Counted from the first letter of the stretch, positions 12,745 to 27,226 are shown. The stretch: 64,000 nt of DNA from Octopus vulgaris (GCA_951406725.2 OX597814.1:30628001-30692000); one strand, 5' to 3'. The notes: a model not told the origin generated them from the sequence alone. Translations and numbers: made by a program.

Positions 12745-13448
12745 GTATATAATTAAGAGAAATAACCTCTAATAAACAATTTAATAAAGAAAGATGTTCA
12801 CACCATATAGAAAACACATACTATAAAAACCTTTCCAGTTAATAGTATATTAAAGTTAATTTTTTTTCCTTTTTCTTACAGCTAAAATACATTTTAAATT
12901 TTAATAGCTTAAATACATATTTCTATCTATTTCTTCTGTAAATTCTATTTACGCCATATTTTCACGCGATATATTTCTTATATTTCTTATAAACGCTAAG
13001 TTCGACGTTTTACGTTTAAAGTGTTAGTTAACGAAAATCCTTCGAAAAGATAAGTTATATTTTTATTTTAAGAAATATTGTTAAATGATTTTCGATTGTT
13101 TATAGTTAATACACGTTTTATTTTAATATATTTATTTGATAATTAGTAATGAGTTAAGATAAGTGTATTTATTCTATTATTATTTTTTATTATTTATTAC
13201 CTTAGACCTGATGAGTGACTATATTTTTAAATAGAATTAATTTTAGTTCGATTTAATTTTGAATCGAATTGATTTTATTATTATTATCTATTTGAAAATA
13301 TAGCTATGAAACTTGCGTAGTCTTTTTACTACTATTTACAATTTATTGTACTTTATTGATTTAAAATAAGTTTTTTTATAGTATATGTTTTCTATAGGGT
13401 ATGAATAACATCGTTCTTTATTGAATTATTTAATAGTGGTTTTACTCT

Positions 13449-13458
<10 letters not shown>
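12745..13458 (+). mobile_element. PLE-like element with ~85-bp inverted termini, ending in (TA)n
   Basis: 12745-12829 is an inverted copy of 13373-13458; internal HHR. Confidence 0.7.
13204..13323 (+). ncRNA. type I hammerhead with a ~90-nt stem II
   Basis: AGAC-CUGAUGA-[long hairpin CUAUAUUUU/AAAAUAUAG, UUAGUUCGAUUUA/UGAAUCGAAUUGA]-GAAA-CUUGCG-UA-GUCU. Confidence 0.75.
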
Positions 13459-13480
<22 letters not shown>

Positions 13481-13481
13481 C

Positions 13482-14185
13482 GAACTTGTTACTAGTTATG
13501 CTTGAGGCATATTAGAACCCATAAGAAAACCATTCACTGTACTTTGTTGATGGGAATATATTAAAAGATATCCATCTCTTGTCAGTTCATTGCTTCCTCC
13601 TTTCCGGTATCTGATGCTAAGAGGAGATAACCATCCACAAAGTATTCATTCATCAGGCTGATTAGTGGGAGCATCGAGCTGACTTGGTGTGTTTACACCT
13701 ATTTTTCTACAGCGAAAATATTTGTCTAAGATAAAATATAGTGAATACCCTTCTTTTGCGGGGTTCGAATATGCCCCTAGAATATTTGAACAGGTAACAA
13801 ATTTATACACTTTAATGCTTAGCGCGTCTACTCAGTATTTCATTTACGACGAGTCACCGATTAACGCAACCAATCACAATACGATGACGAGAATATAATA
13901 AAAGATACCCATTCCTTGTCAGTCCATAGCGTTCCTCTTTCCGGTATCTGATGCTGGGAGGAGATAACTACGCTGAAATGCATGAATCCGTCAATATGGT
14001 TTGAAGGTGCTTCGAATTGACTAGTGTTTATACCTTTTTGGTTACACAGAAATTTTCTTTATGACAAGATACAGTGAATAGCTTTCTTAAGGGTTCTTAA
14101 AGGTTCTTAAGGGTTCGAATATGTCCCAAACATATATGAACTGGTAACAAGTTTGTATTTACACACATCACCGCTTAGTGCTTCT
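13482..14185. repeat. old ~335-bp tandem duplication preceded by an inverted partial copy (PLE-like arrangement)
   Basis: Units at ~13555-13830 and ~13892-14185; 13482-13546 is the reverse complement of the unit end. Confidence 0.65.
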
Positions 14186-15582
14186 ATGAATATGAAATTT
14201 CTACTTTGCCATAACCAGATTAATAACCAGTTATTAGAACACGAACTAATTATAATCTCTGATATCTACAAGCCATAATCGCGACACAGTGTGAACGCCG
14301 AGTCATCCTCGTGCCCTTTCTCGCGTTATTAAAGCATGAAACATGAGGTTTACGACAAGAAAGCCTGAATCAGGGGAAGTAGTTGCTTGCTTACTGTCAT
14401 AAAGACATGCCAGTTGTTTCCTCACAAGCAACTCACACATATAGTCGATATCTTTCCTTGTATTAGCTACTTCCAACAACATCATATTGTATCCTTATAT
14501 TATTGTCTTACGGCGTTATGTTAAATTCAAGTCTACCCTTGTAGGATTAGAACTCAAAATATAGAGACGACACTGTTACTTTACATATGTACCGCAAGGT
14601 AGAAAATTTTACACTTTCTGAATAATCCATTATCCTAAGATTGTTTCATTTGAGACACAGAAAACAATGTAACAGTTCCTGACTTGAAAAAAAAAAAGTT
14701 TTATAGTTATTAATCTATTTTTAATCTAAAATTTCTCGCCGTTGCTTTTCACCTGAGAGTTGAGAGAAAAGAAGTGCCATTATCAATTTGGCTTGGAGCC
14801 AGCAATTCTGTTAACGACAGCAATCTCTCTGTCTCTTTTCCTCTACATAATTATGGAATGGAGGGCAACAATGAGGCTGTAGATTCTTCGCTTATTACAA
14901 CAAAGTCCTTTATGAACACCTATAGACTATAACCATCAGTAGTTTCTTCAACTTAATCTATGGGTAAATAATTTAATGAATGTTTGAATATCATGTTAGA
15001 TGACAAGTAAAAGTTCAATTATTCACAAAAGTCGTGTCCTGCGTAAATAAGATCTACGAACTTCCATAATTTTAGATAAGTTGAGAAGACTATGTTGTTT
15101 AGCATCAGGTTAGCCTCGCTCAAGAAGACTTATGATAACCCTGCTCTTTTTCCAGGTATATGTCTTAAAAATGTTATTCATTTTTTTAATGCGATAGGGG
15201 TATGGTTTGGAGGATATTTGCTTGCTATTCAAAACAGACAGATTGATCACTTAAGATTCTATGTTCCTTCATTGGCTCTATGATCTATTTATTTCATATA
15301 TAGGTATCAAGTAGGAAATGTCTGTATTTCAAGTGTTATTAGACTTAATCAGCGAGAACGTTAATGTATGAAAATGAACGTATTGGGTAGTGGACAACCA
15401 GCTGAAAGGCTGGCAGTTCGTACGTTACCGTCAACACTTTATAATTACGGAACTGAACTCCACTTGGCTCAAAACGTCTAAAAAAGAAGGGCAGGAAGAA
15501 TTCGATTCTTTAAGTAGTTTTATCACAAGGTAATTAGCTTGTTGTACTAAGTTCTTCTCACCTACGGCTGGGAGAAAATCAG

Positions 15583-15647
15583 CCTAGTACTGGGTTTCGG
15601 ACTAGAGTTTTTCATTTATCTCCGAATTCTAGCTCTCATCAGGGGAT
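15583..15647 (-). ncRNA. degenerate hammerhead-like motif (stem I broken)
   Basis: CUGAUGA-GAGCUAGA...UCUAGUCC-GAAA-CCCAG-UA. Confidence 0.35.
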
Positions 15648-16559
15648 ACTTAATTTTGTCATATTAATGGCAGCATTCATAATCTTGTTGGGCATCTGAG
15701 GAGGGAGATCTTGATGACCTTAGACATATAACCTGGTCCAAAAGCTTGCAAAGAGAGTGGACTTCACTGAAGACATCTAAGGATCATGTTACTGATGTGT
15801 GCACGCGTTTGCACTCGCATGTATGTATGTGTATGTATGTGCATGTTTGTGTATATGTGTGCAACACTATATTTCATTACATACGTTTTCATCTAGCATA
15901 GGATATCCACCATCAGAGGGACCTGTTTCTCAGCCAAGAGGGTTGGCCATAATTCATAATCAACATTTCCTTTCTGCCGGTAATTAACACTTATCACACC
16001 AGTGGATGATAATTGAGCGGTACAACGGGATACGTTCGAGTTCCTTAAGTACAGAAAGCAAAACAACTGAAGGAAAATATCTACAGCTGCGAGTGTAATC
16101 CGATTCGTAACCTCAGTTCGCCGGCAGCTTAGTTCTTTGACGCTCACTGTTAAAGAGAAATACCGACTAAAAATAATAAATAAAACCATTCCTCATTGAT
16201 TATAGCCTAGATTTTCTGTCTCTTAGCATGTATCTAATCCTTTTATGAGAAAGAATTCAAACGTGATATTGATTTGTATTTTACATTTTGCTTCCAACCA
16301 TCAACGATTTTAGTCATAAAGATAAATCAATGTTTCTCCAATTTGGATGTCAGATAACTGAAATGCCTGAAGCATTGGTTCAATTTTATATATTCATAGT
16401 TATTATCTAGATTGTGACAATATTGGCGTTATCTATTTCAATGCCATTTATATTATGACGGTTCACAAATCAGCTTCACATTGTGCGTTTTCCTGTGAGA
16501 AGTATTTAAAGAAACATAAACAACACTCACACACAAAGACATATTTCTATAATGGTGAG

Positions 16560-16770
<211 letters not shown>

Positions 16771-16824
16771 GGGATTATAGTAGTAATACTGAAATTATAA
16801 TAGTGAACAATAATTATCCAGAAT

Positions 16825-19005
16825 GATGAACAAGTGGCGTCGTGAAACCGTCGAGTCGTCGGTGACTAAACTGGCACCCCACTAAGCTTGCTTGGTGAGG
16901 AGGGTGAATTTTCGACACCCTGCAGGATTAAAAACAAAGCCCGGCAAAGACCAGTGGTATTCAAAAGAGTCAAGACAGGGAGACACAACTCGTGAGCCTT
17001 GGTTGGCAGTCTGCCTAGGAGAAGGAATACTCTGATTTCAAAACTGGGGTAGATAGGACTCCTTAGTCACAGTGGTGAAAACCTGTCCCCTGACAGTCAA
17101 CCCCGGCTCCTGCGCAAAACCAACAGAAGTGTGGAAAAAGGCGAGTGTCTGACGCCTCCAAATAACCGGTGCTTCGGGTAGGCTGTACTCGTTAGCCTTG
17201 GGTGGCAAGCAGCCTAGAAGAAGGAATACTCCAATCCCAAAACAGGGGAGCAAGGATCCTACCGCCTTGGCGGACTACCTTGATAGAGATGGTGTCTCGA
17301 TAAAAATATCTATTTCTTTACTACCCACAAGGGGCTACATACAGAAGGGACAAACAAGGACAGACAATGGATTAAGTCGATTACATCGACCCCAGTGCAT
17401 AACTGGTACTTAATTTATCGACTTCGAAAGGATGAAAGGGAAAGTCGACCTCGGCGGAATTTGAACTCAGAACGTAGTGGCAGACGAAATACCACTAAGC
17501 ATTTCGCCCAGCGTGCTAACGTTTCTGCCAGCTCGCCACCGTTTGCTAGTAACCTAAAAACACACCACATTTGTGAGTGAAAATGCCAAGCAAAATAAAT
17601 GACGATAACAGTGTGAACGGGACTGGAACCAATGGTGAAGATGCCGCACCCGGCAGGTGCCCCACTGTGCAGCAGGGTGGGCACGGTCGCAATCCAACAA
17701 CTGCAAGCCATACTAACCTTGCGTAGATCTGAGCCGCATAGAAGAATGGTCCAAAGGAAATGGAAAAATAGAAAAGAAAATGCAAGGGCATATCTAGATG
17801 TGAAGTACCAAATAGAAAATAAAGTGTTCAAAACTGTAATCGAAACCCTAAAACAACATGTGCAGGCAGCAAAACCGGTTATTCTCAAATAACCAGAGGC
17901 AGCTTTTTAAGGGCTTAGAAGGATATACGGAAAATAATACACCTCCTGAAGCAGAAGAAACCCGACGGTTTTGGAATAACACCGGGGGTAATAAGTTTCG
18001 CAAAACCAGTGCTGAGTGGATTCATTCCATGAGATCCGAACTCCATCACCCGGGGACTCCACGACAGGACTATGTGCGCATAACAACGGAAGATGTCATT
18101 GCACAGATATCAAAATTGCCAAACTGGAAAGCAGCAGGACCAGACAGAAATCAAGGCTACTGGATCAAATGGTTTGGGTCAAAACACAAGAGAATTGCGT
18201 TGCAATTAGACAAATGCCTACAGAGCGGTGCAGTTCCAGAGTGGATGGTAGAGGGAAGAACAACATTGTTAATGAAAGACCGGTCAAAGAGCAATGAGGT
18301 TGGCAATTACCAACCCATTGCTTGTCTTAACCTCCTATGGAAAATATTGACAGGTACCCTCGTAGGGAAAATATATACGTTCCTTGCGGAAAACAATCTA
18401 CTGCCAGTAGAACAAAAGGGATGCTGAAAAGGATCCAAGGGCACCAAGGACCACCTTGTGATATACAAGATTATAATGAAGAATTGTAAACGGTACTAAA
18501 AAAACATATGCATGGCATGGATAGACTTCAAAAAGGCTTAAGACATGTTGCCGCATTCGTGGATTTTGGAAACATTCGACATGTGTGGAATAGCTGAGAA
18601 CGTGTGTGCAATGACGATGGGTACAAGTACCTTGGGATCCTGGAGCTGGACAATATCTTGCACAAAGAAATGATAGACAAGTTCATCACTGCATATTTCA
18701 AGCACCTCAAACTTGTCTTGAAATCAAAGCTCATCTCAGGGAATCTTGTGACTGCTTTCAACATATGGGATGTTGCTGTAGTCCGCTATATTGCACCCAT
18801 CCTGAAATGGACACAAGTGGAGATTGACCAACTCGATCGCACTACAGTATGCTGCTAGCACAGAAGGAATTAACAAAAATGGACTTGAGAGTGTTCATGA
18901 ATTCCGATCAAGAACAGCCAACGAGATAGAAGAAACCCTACTCCGTATGGAATTATATGGTCAGTTCCACCGTGAAACCAACAAATTACAAGACCAGGCA
19001 GTCAG
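16825..19005 (+). mobile_element. internally deleted R4/Dong LINE (putative 5' leader plus RT fragments)
   Basis: ORF 17858-18427 KLPNWKAAGPD..GYWIK..PEWMVEGRTTLLMKD..GNYQPIACL..EQKGC; then WIDFKKA.DMLPHSW and YKYLGILE..LKSKL.SGN; 5' boundary uncertain. Confidence 0.85.
17311..17540 (-). mobile_element. SINE B (Tx1-like tail subfamily) nested in the Dong leader
   Basis: Full head plus tail AGCCCCTTGTGGGTAGTAAAGAAATA. Confidence 0.9.
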
Positions 19006-20199
19006 GTTTTGCCTATCTACATTGCACAGGCACATAAGCATATACACACACATGTAAATGCACAAATGATCCATATGCACAAAACCATGTATAAATAGGT
19101 AAAATATATGTGCACGCCAACAGACATGCAGAGGTCAATCAATTCGATTGCAGCGGTCAAACTTCTGCCAATTATTTTGCTCCCGTAGAGAAACTCAAAG
19201 AATCGGTAGATGTTTTCTACTTAACAGATAAATACTTCTTGTCTTAAAAAAAAATCTTGTGAACAAATGCAGTATAAACAGAGAAAACAGACTTGAAATT
19301 TTACAAAATGATAATAAGACTGATGAAGGAAAGATATGAAAGCATTCAAAGATGTAAAGTTAAAAATAACAGTAGGCTTCATACCGTAAGCATCCTAGAT
19401 ATCACTTTATAATTTTGACTTGGAAATAACACTTAATACGCTTACAGGAAATCTAGTGACAATGCACATCAGTTCCAATCGTCGCCTCCATCTATCTTAC
19501 AAAAAAAAATCCATGAGGGATATTTTTATAATATCAGATCCAACCAAACGAATTTCAAGTCAGAATGTAAAGACAGACGAAAGACTGAGAAATCCAAAAC
19601 GAAAAAAAAACAAACAAAAAACAAAAACGAATGACGTAGTTTCGTTTAAGTATTCATGATCCAAGAACGATAAAATTAAAAACAATAATAAATATTCCTG
19701 AATATTGTCCCCACAAAACTTTTCGCCAATTGCAAAAATATATGCAACTTGCGTATTACAGAAAAGATGACAATTCTATTGCATGACGGATAGTTTCATA
19801 TTTCCAGTGATTTAAGTTCTAGACTCAACCGACCCCGACCAAATCCTGTATCACATCAAAGAATGCCTCCCTTCTTTTACAACAAACAGTTCTTTACGTA
19901 ACTCAAGCGATACCCTACCCAGACACTGCACTACTGGTTTGGGGCAGTTCAAGACATTTGATTTACTAATAGGGTTGTGATGCTATGCTCTCGAACAGAT
20001 TTGATTTCTGGGTGGAAGAAATACTCCTAAATATCACACGATCGGAACTCCTTTCACTTTGCCGTTTTGGACACCGCATGGCATTGTCAAATGACCTAAC
20101 AGAGGTTGTACTAAGTCGGTGTGATAGTCTGGTCTTTACAAGTAAAAATAGAAAAAAAAAGTTGCAAAAAAAAAAGAGTACTAAATCAATGTAGTTAAG

Positions 20200-20780
20200 C
20201 TGTAAATGAAGGGAAGATATATCGACGTTTTGAACGATTGTTCTTTGTTAAGATAGACAGAAGAAGAGACAAAAATTGGAAGGAAATGTAAAGTGGCGTT
20301 CAGAGATTAGAAATTTCGGAATAGTAACTGAAGTAGTGATTATAACCAGAGAAGCCCGAACGTGCATTAAAAAAAGCAACTTCTTAGCCCCCAAATACCT
20401 AGACCACTCATCACTGTGCTTGTATTTATCTTCTCTTCTCTTCTTCTTCCACAGTCACATATCTCATCGACCGAATTTTGACTTGTAAAAGGAAACTGAT
20501 TATTTATGGGAAAGAAGCGTTGGACAGCCAATGAGACAATACTGAATCACTCAGGCCATTTCAATTCTCCAGGCTGTCCCATCTGCAATTCGCTGTCTGC
20601 GGGTTTGTACAACATAACGAAATCTTGTTTCAGTCTTTCGTGAGAAAAACACTTACTATTCTGCTTGAACACAATTTCCCCAACACACGTACTTCCCGTT
20701 ATGGTTTTTCTATTCACACCCATCTTTCACACATCCACCCTTATACACTATGACGAGTTGTTCGTACTACATATAGAGTA
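20200..20780 (+). mobile_element. decayed Penelope-like GIY-YIG C-terminus
   Basis: Broken translation HFNSPG...AVCG...REKHLLFCLNTISP, resembling HFNSPGH...E..LIF.L.T..P.GLN. Confidence 0.45.
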
Positions 20781-21829
20781 TCACGCCATATTCACACTAC
20801 CAACACATTCATTATCCACTTCTACACACTTGTACACTGCTTTGCTCACGCACAGAAGCAACTACTCTCTCTCTCTCTCTCTCACACACATATATAAACA
20901 CATCTACTCGTACTTAACTACACTACTTTAACGATTATTCCCTTAGTGCACGTTCATTCTTATCTAGTTGTAATCACTAACTCAGTTGCTACTCCAGGTT
21001 GCCTTATCTCTGATCCCACGTTGTGTTTCCTTTCTAATTTTTCTCCCCTTCTATATACCTTAACCAATATATCTTCCTTTCATTTACAGCGTATTGACTT
21101 TGTGCTCTTGTCCATTGTCATTTTTTTGCTCTGTTTCTATTATGTGGATTTACAGTCACTAACGCAGACTTAGCTCAAATTACTGTTATTAGATTTATTA
21201 TAATTTCTTAATAAACGTTTGGAATCAATTCTATCTCATTACGTAGCCACCATATCTGACTTTGTACTTGATATATCTCGTTCGTACACATATCATCTAA
21301 AACATATTACTTTGGAGTAACAGCAAATCAACTTCAATTCGGTGACAATGACACACACACACAAAAGGAAGGAAACTCAGGAAAATAGGCATATAGCCGT
21401 AATCAATCGGTACTGAGATTATTCTGGAAAGCTACGTTCACCTCCATTATTTGTCTTCCTTGTGTCAGCTCAGCTACATTGGAGGCAACATGAACAATAG
21501 CACTAGTATCTTGGCTACCATCACCAGTAGTAACAGGTCAGTGATCTCGACGGAAATGAGTGGATAAAACGTGATTTCATTGAACTCATAACACAAACAC
21601 CACTAATGCTATTGGCTTCCGATGTCTACGAACAGCAATAGTGAAAGTAACACGAAACAGCAGCTACAGGAAGAGAGCTATAAAAACTAACTCCTTTGTA
21701 AGAACTATAGAAACAGTTAAGTAGTTCCTTCTAGAAGTGAGATAGGCCTGAAAGGTACCAAAACATTGCAGGGATCACAGAATGGCTGCAGAAGGCGTAC
21801 CCTCAGAGCTTTTAGAGTAAATGGCTTGA

Positions 21830-23760
21830 AGAGCAGGTATGTACCGATGCGTGTTCGATAATGTGCCAACGAATGGAATGATCCTCACGCGTTTGTTAGA
21901 GAAGTAATTAAGAAGAATACGACACAATATCGACTTCGTTACTAGCATCAGGTAATATGGAACGGTGGAAATGAGATCTTGCGACAAGCTGACTTACAGA
22001 CTTGCTTTAAAGCCTTGTATATGAATACGAAAATTTAGCTGCCATGTAAAGGGTGACGAGTGGCAACGATGACGGCCTTGTGTGTACCGCTAGAGATGAG
22101 TATCAAGTGGGTGGTGGAATAAGTTGTACTCAGGAGATAGGAGAAAATACTGAATACGAGGAACACTACTTTAAGAACAAGGAACTCCTGATCCAAATAC
22201 AATCAGAAAAATAAGACAAGATTTCCACCAGTTAAACGTTTAAAACGACACGTAACTGCACCCAAGTGAAGTCAAATCCGAGATACTGAAGGGGAATGTG
22301 GATGGCTTAAACAACAGAGGATATTGCGCTATCTCACCAAAACAACACCAACACAAATAACACTTAGGCACTCACAATCACTAACCAGTTTTTTCTCTCC
22401 TGCTCTTCTGACTCCTTGCTCTCCTTTGAACACACTTTAAATGACGAAGAAAGGAATGAGGAGACTGGATCTTGGTAAACTGTCGTTGTAACGATGGTGG
22501 TGGTGGGGAGAAGGAAACGGCGTCTAAATAAGTCTTACTGGAAAAGAAAGCGAAGAAAGGTCGATAGATCCCCAAATATAACGGACATAAAGCACTTTCC
22601 ATAAACCACTATAACATCAACAATTACCGAATAAACAAAAAGAATCTTGAAGCCACGAAAGAACCAAAAGCACAAAGACCGTAACAACATGAACAGGAAA
22701 TGACAACTACTGCATCAACCATAACAAAAGCAAAGAAAAAGAAAAGCTACATCAATAATAAGAAAAAAACACAGCGACATACTTCTCAAATTTGACGAAC
22801 TCTCCTGTCATTGAAAGTCCGTCAAGGTCGAGACGTATGTCTTCGCAAATTTTTGCAGAAAACAAGCTGCACTTATGATTTGTTTAAAGTGATTAAATAT
22901 TTGGGCTGTGCATTAAATTCCTCACTCCATCAAATCAACATTGTCAGTACAGGTGATTGGTCATCCACATATCAGATGTCGAAGTGATCGCAGATCAACG
23001 TGAAATGAAATGTTTTGTTCAAGAGCACAACGCATCGATTGGTCCGGGAATCGAAAGCAAGATCTTGTGATCGTGAATGCAACACCCTAATCACGTGGCC
23101 ATGTGCCCTCACATGCCTCAACTTTACACTTATGTGAAGCGCGAGAACATTGTTGATGGTGTGTCGAGCAGAGTGGCGGTAATATCTCGGAAATGTGAGG
23201 ATATCAAGGTACGGATGATATTTCTGGATTTAGATAGACCATCTGGACGTGAACACCAGCGTTTACTTCAAACTAGTGACTATGTACCGACTGGCGTAGA
23301 ACTACCAGATTACTTCAGGCGTTTGGTGCCCTTATTGAGAATGTACCGCTCATTAGTGAGCGACTGGAATTGCATCTTAGACGAGCGTCTTGATTTTGCG
23401 GGGAGTTCCAATAGAACAGGAGTTGTAAAAGTGTCGCAAATTGCTCAGGTAGTTCCTCCGTTTAACAGGTAATGACCGAATGTGGCTTTAGACAAACTGC
23501 ATTCAGATACTCTCTAGATAGAGTATTTATTAGGTTAGCAGATAAAGGAAGCGCATAATGTTTAATTTCGGTTGACCGCCTACACAGACCATAGTTTTGC
23601 AAAATAAACGGCAAAGGAGGCAGGACTTATAGATAGAAACCGAACACGCCATTCTCTGTATGGAAAGTTTACTTCGACCAGAAACCATATAAGTGAGAAC
23701 TGGTAGGGGCATTCGTAAACAGCTTTGCTATATCCTGCCCATTCTTCTCTACAGGTTTTT
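21830..23760 (+). mobile_element. decayed L1/Tx1-like LINE (ORF1-like remnant plus AP endonuclease), interrupted
   Basis: ILKGNVDGLN at ~22285; ORF 23077-23472 RVAVI..RLLQTSDYVPTG..YFRRL..SDWNCILDERLD; LDRVFI at ~23515. Confidence 0.55.
22810..23110 (-). mobile_element. tRNA-derived SINE family D
   Basis: Reverse complement of the 45501-45800 copy. Confidence 0.8.
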
Positions 23761-24358
23761 TGAATAAGGAAGAATGAGTGTTATATAGCGAAAAATTTTG
23801 CAGTAGAAAAATTTAAGTAAAATGGAGTGATTGCCTGCAGATTAGAACATGTAGGAAAAACTAATTACCGCCGTCGCATCGCTGTAGATACATCACTTTT
23901 GCACATCGTCGCCTTTTCATCACTACCAATTCAAAACCGGCTGATTTCCACACCGAACCACCTTATTAACCAGCTGATTACCTCAGTTAGCTTTAGAAAT
24001 TTAAAATTAAATGAAATTAAATGGAATTGGAAAACGGCGCCATACAAAATAAAATAATGTTTACATGCTTATACATGTTATGAATATAAAAAAGAAGTAA
24101 AAAAACGCTTTTTTCAATTTAAAGAAATACCATGTAGATATTCAATAGTTTTTCATTAAAGAAAGTTTCAGAGTTGGCTGGTGGTGCATTGACAGCCGTT
24201 AGCTAATGTGAACAAGTACCACGACTTTTTTGAATTCTTTTGAATGCATTTATAAACCTCCAAATTCTTGGATAAACCATCTTTGAGTCCATGTGAAAAA
24301 TTCGATTTGCTGCATCAGCATGGCGGTTTATTTGGTCTCTCTTTATTTAATGTACTGA

Positions 24359-24565
24359 AGGTGGCGAGCTGGCAAAATCTTGTGCACACCGGACAAAAAT
24401 GCTTAGCAGTGTTTCTTCGAACTGTTTACGTTTTGAGATCAAATGCCTACAAGTTAAACTTTGCTATATTTTCGGGTCGATAAAATAAATACTCGTCAGA
24501 TCCTGGGATCGATGTAATCGACCTTCACATCCCTTCAAAAACTACTGTGCCAAAATTTGAAACCA
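24359..24565 (+). mobile_element. SINE B, diverged
   Basis: GGTGGCGAGCTGGCA head; TTTCGGGTCGATAAA core. Confidence 0.75.
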
Positions 24566-24968
24566 TAATTTAAATAGCGAATGGCGAGCTGGTAGAATCG
24601 TTAGCATGCCAGAACAAAAGCACTGGTGGATTTATGTATTAGGTATAGCCTTAATAAACACTCCACCAGCGCAGAAATACGTGTAACGTTGATTAAAAAT
24701 ATCTTCTTTTCCACAGACTAATAACTGGTAAATTATATATATATTTCAAATAGTTTTATTGTATTTTATACTAGGTTTTTAAATGTTTATATTATATAAT
24801 AATAATAATTATTATTTTATTGGATATAACTCTCTATGTGTATTCCCTACACTAAGGTTATCCTGAAATAGGAGTGGTGATTCTATTGGTAAAATCCCAA
24901 ATTTGTAATATTATATATATATATGTAAGTATATATTTATATATATATAACATATCTATATATAAATA

Positions 24969-25084
<116 letters not shown>

Positions 25085-25158
25085 TATAAATGCATACATA
25101 TATGAATATACATATATGTATACACACATATATCCAGAAATACAAACATTATATATAC

Positions 25159-25276
<118 letters not shown>

Positions 25277-25355
25277 AAATACATATATATATATATATGG
25301 ATACTGTCACACACGCACACAAATATCCAGAAATGCATGCATACATTATATGTAG

Positions 25356-25790
25356 AGGCGCAGAAGTGGCTCTGTGGTAAGTAGCTTGCTTACCAGCTAC
25401 ATGGTTCCGGGTTTAGTACCACTGCGTGGCACCTTGGGCAAGTGTCTTCTACTACTGCCTCGGACCGACATTGTGAGTGGATTTGGTAGACGGAAACTGA
25501 AAGAAGCCACTGAATGAAGCCTGTCTTATATATACATATACATATAGGTGTGTGTGTGTATCTGTGCATGTGTGGTTGTGTATGCCTGTGTGTGACCCCA
25601 CCATCGGTTGTCAACCGATGTTGGTGTGTTTACGTGTCCGTAAGATAGCGGTTCGGTAAAAGAGACCGATAGAATAAGCACTAAGCTTACACAGAATAAG
25701 TCCTGGGGTCGACTTGTTCGACTGAAGGCGGTGCTCCAGCAAGGCCGCAGTCTAATAACTGCAACAAATAAAAGAATAAAAGAATAAAGA
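25356..25790 (+). mobile_element. SINE A, full length
   Basis: AGGCGCAGAAGTGGCTCTGTGGTAAG head through (AAAGAATA)n tail. Confidence 0.9.
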
Positions 25791-26148
25791 ATGTATGTAT
25801 GTATATATAAATCTATCTATCTATCTATACATGCCTCCCCTCTCTCTCTCTCTCTGTATATATATGTATATACATATATATATATACATATATCCAGCAA
25901 TACATATATTTCATATATGTCTCTCTCTCTCTCTCCCTCTCTCTCTATATATATATACATATATATACATATATATGTGTGTATATATGGTTATACACAC
26001 ACGCACGCACACACACACACACATACACACATATATATGTATTTATATATATGCGTGCATGTATGCATGCACATTTAGAATACGCATACAAACACGCGAA
26101 TACTCACACACAGAGACACACACCCATACACACACCCATATATTTATG

Positions 26149-26206
<58 letters not shown>

Positions 26207-26803
26207 CATATCTTTGTGACTGGTGGCTAAGAGAAAATATGTCAAAGCTTTGAGGCATCTGATAGAATTTCGTTTGCTAATAGGGCTCTGCGGGGCACCT
26301 TGCAGTTGGCCCGAGGAACATTATTTCACATACATGCTTAGTTCATATACTGTAGCGATTTCACTGCATCTCCTGAAACAGGAAATACTGTCTAATTGAA
26401 AGTTAGCAATGTCATCTCAAACCGGAAGAAGAGTTCCACACGAAAACACGGCTCTATTTCCTTCGTAACATTTTTCTAGTTTCATTCACGATTCTTCTAA
26501 CACTTTCTTACGCTCCTTCGGTGGCTGACATATTTTTTACGCTAAATTCGTACGTTTAATTTTACAATAAAACACTTTTGCTGTTTTTTTGTTTCAGTTG
26601 AAAAAGTTGTGAAAATATAAAAATAACTCTCTATTTAAAGAAGATGGTTGACGAAAATTCCTTCAACAAATCATTACGATAATATATAGTAAATGCGTGC
26701 GTGTTTGTATGCTTGCATACATGTATATACGAGTGTATGTATGTATATAAGATCATATGGATATACATATTTATTTTTTGAATAATATGTAAGAGAATAT
26801 ATT

Positions 26804-26861
<58 letters not shown>

Positions 26862-27226
26862 CATATATATAATCTATTTCCACATGTATAAGTGTATGCG
26901 TATGTGTGTGTGTCGTGTGTGTCTATTTATGCATATATATATATATGCATACATAGACACACACACATACGCATACACTTATATATGTGAAAATAGATTA
27001 TATATATATATATATATATATATACAAATATATGTATATTACAACCACATACACACATATGGTTACATATACATGCATGATACATAAGCTTATTGATACA
27101 CTCATACATATACACATATGTATGTATGTATATATGTATGTATGTATATATATATATATATATATATAGTATATACATACCTATGTAAGTGTATGCATAC
27201 ATACTCACACACACACACACACACAC

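Noticed and set aside
16825-16930. HDV-like ribozyme at the LINE 5' end
   Set aside because: Hairpins are present but I could not assign the nested double pseudoknot by eye
23860-24330. Mariner transposase remnant on the minus strand
   Set aside because: Only a faint GSDEK-like motif, no TIRs found; too weak to call
24620-24690. Hammerhead
   Set aside because: Only stem II, GAAA and stem III remain; the CUGA half is absent
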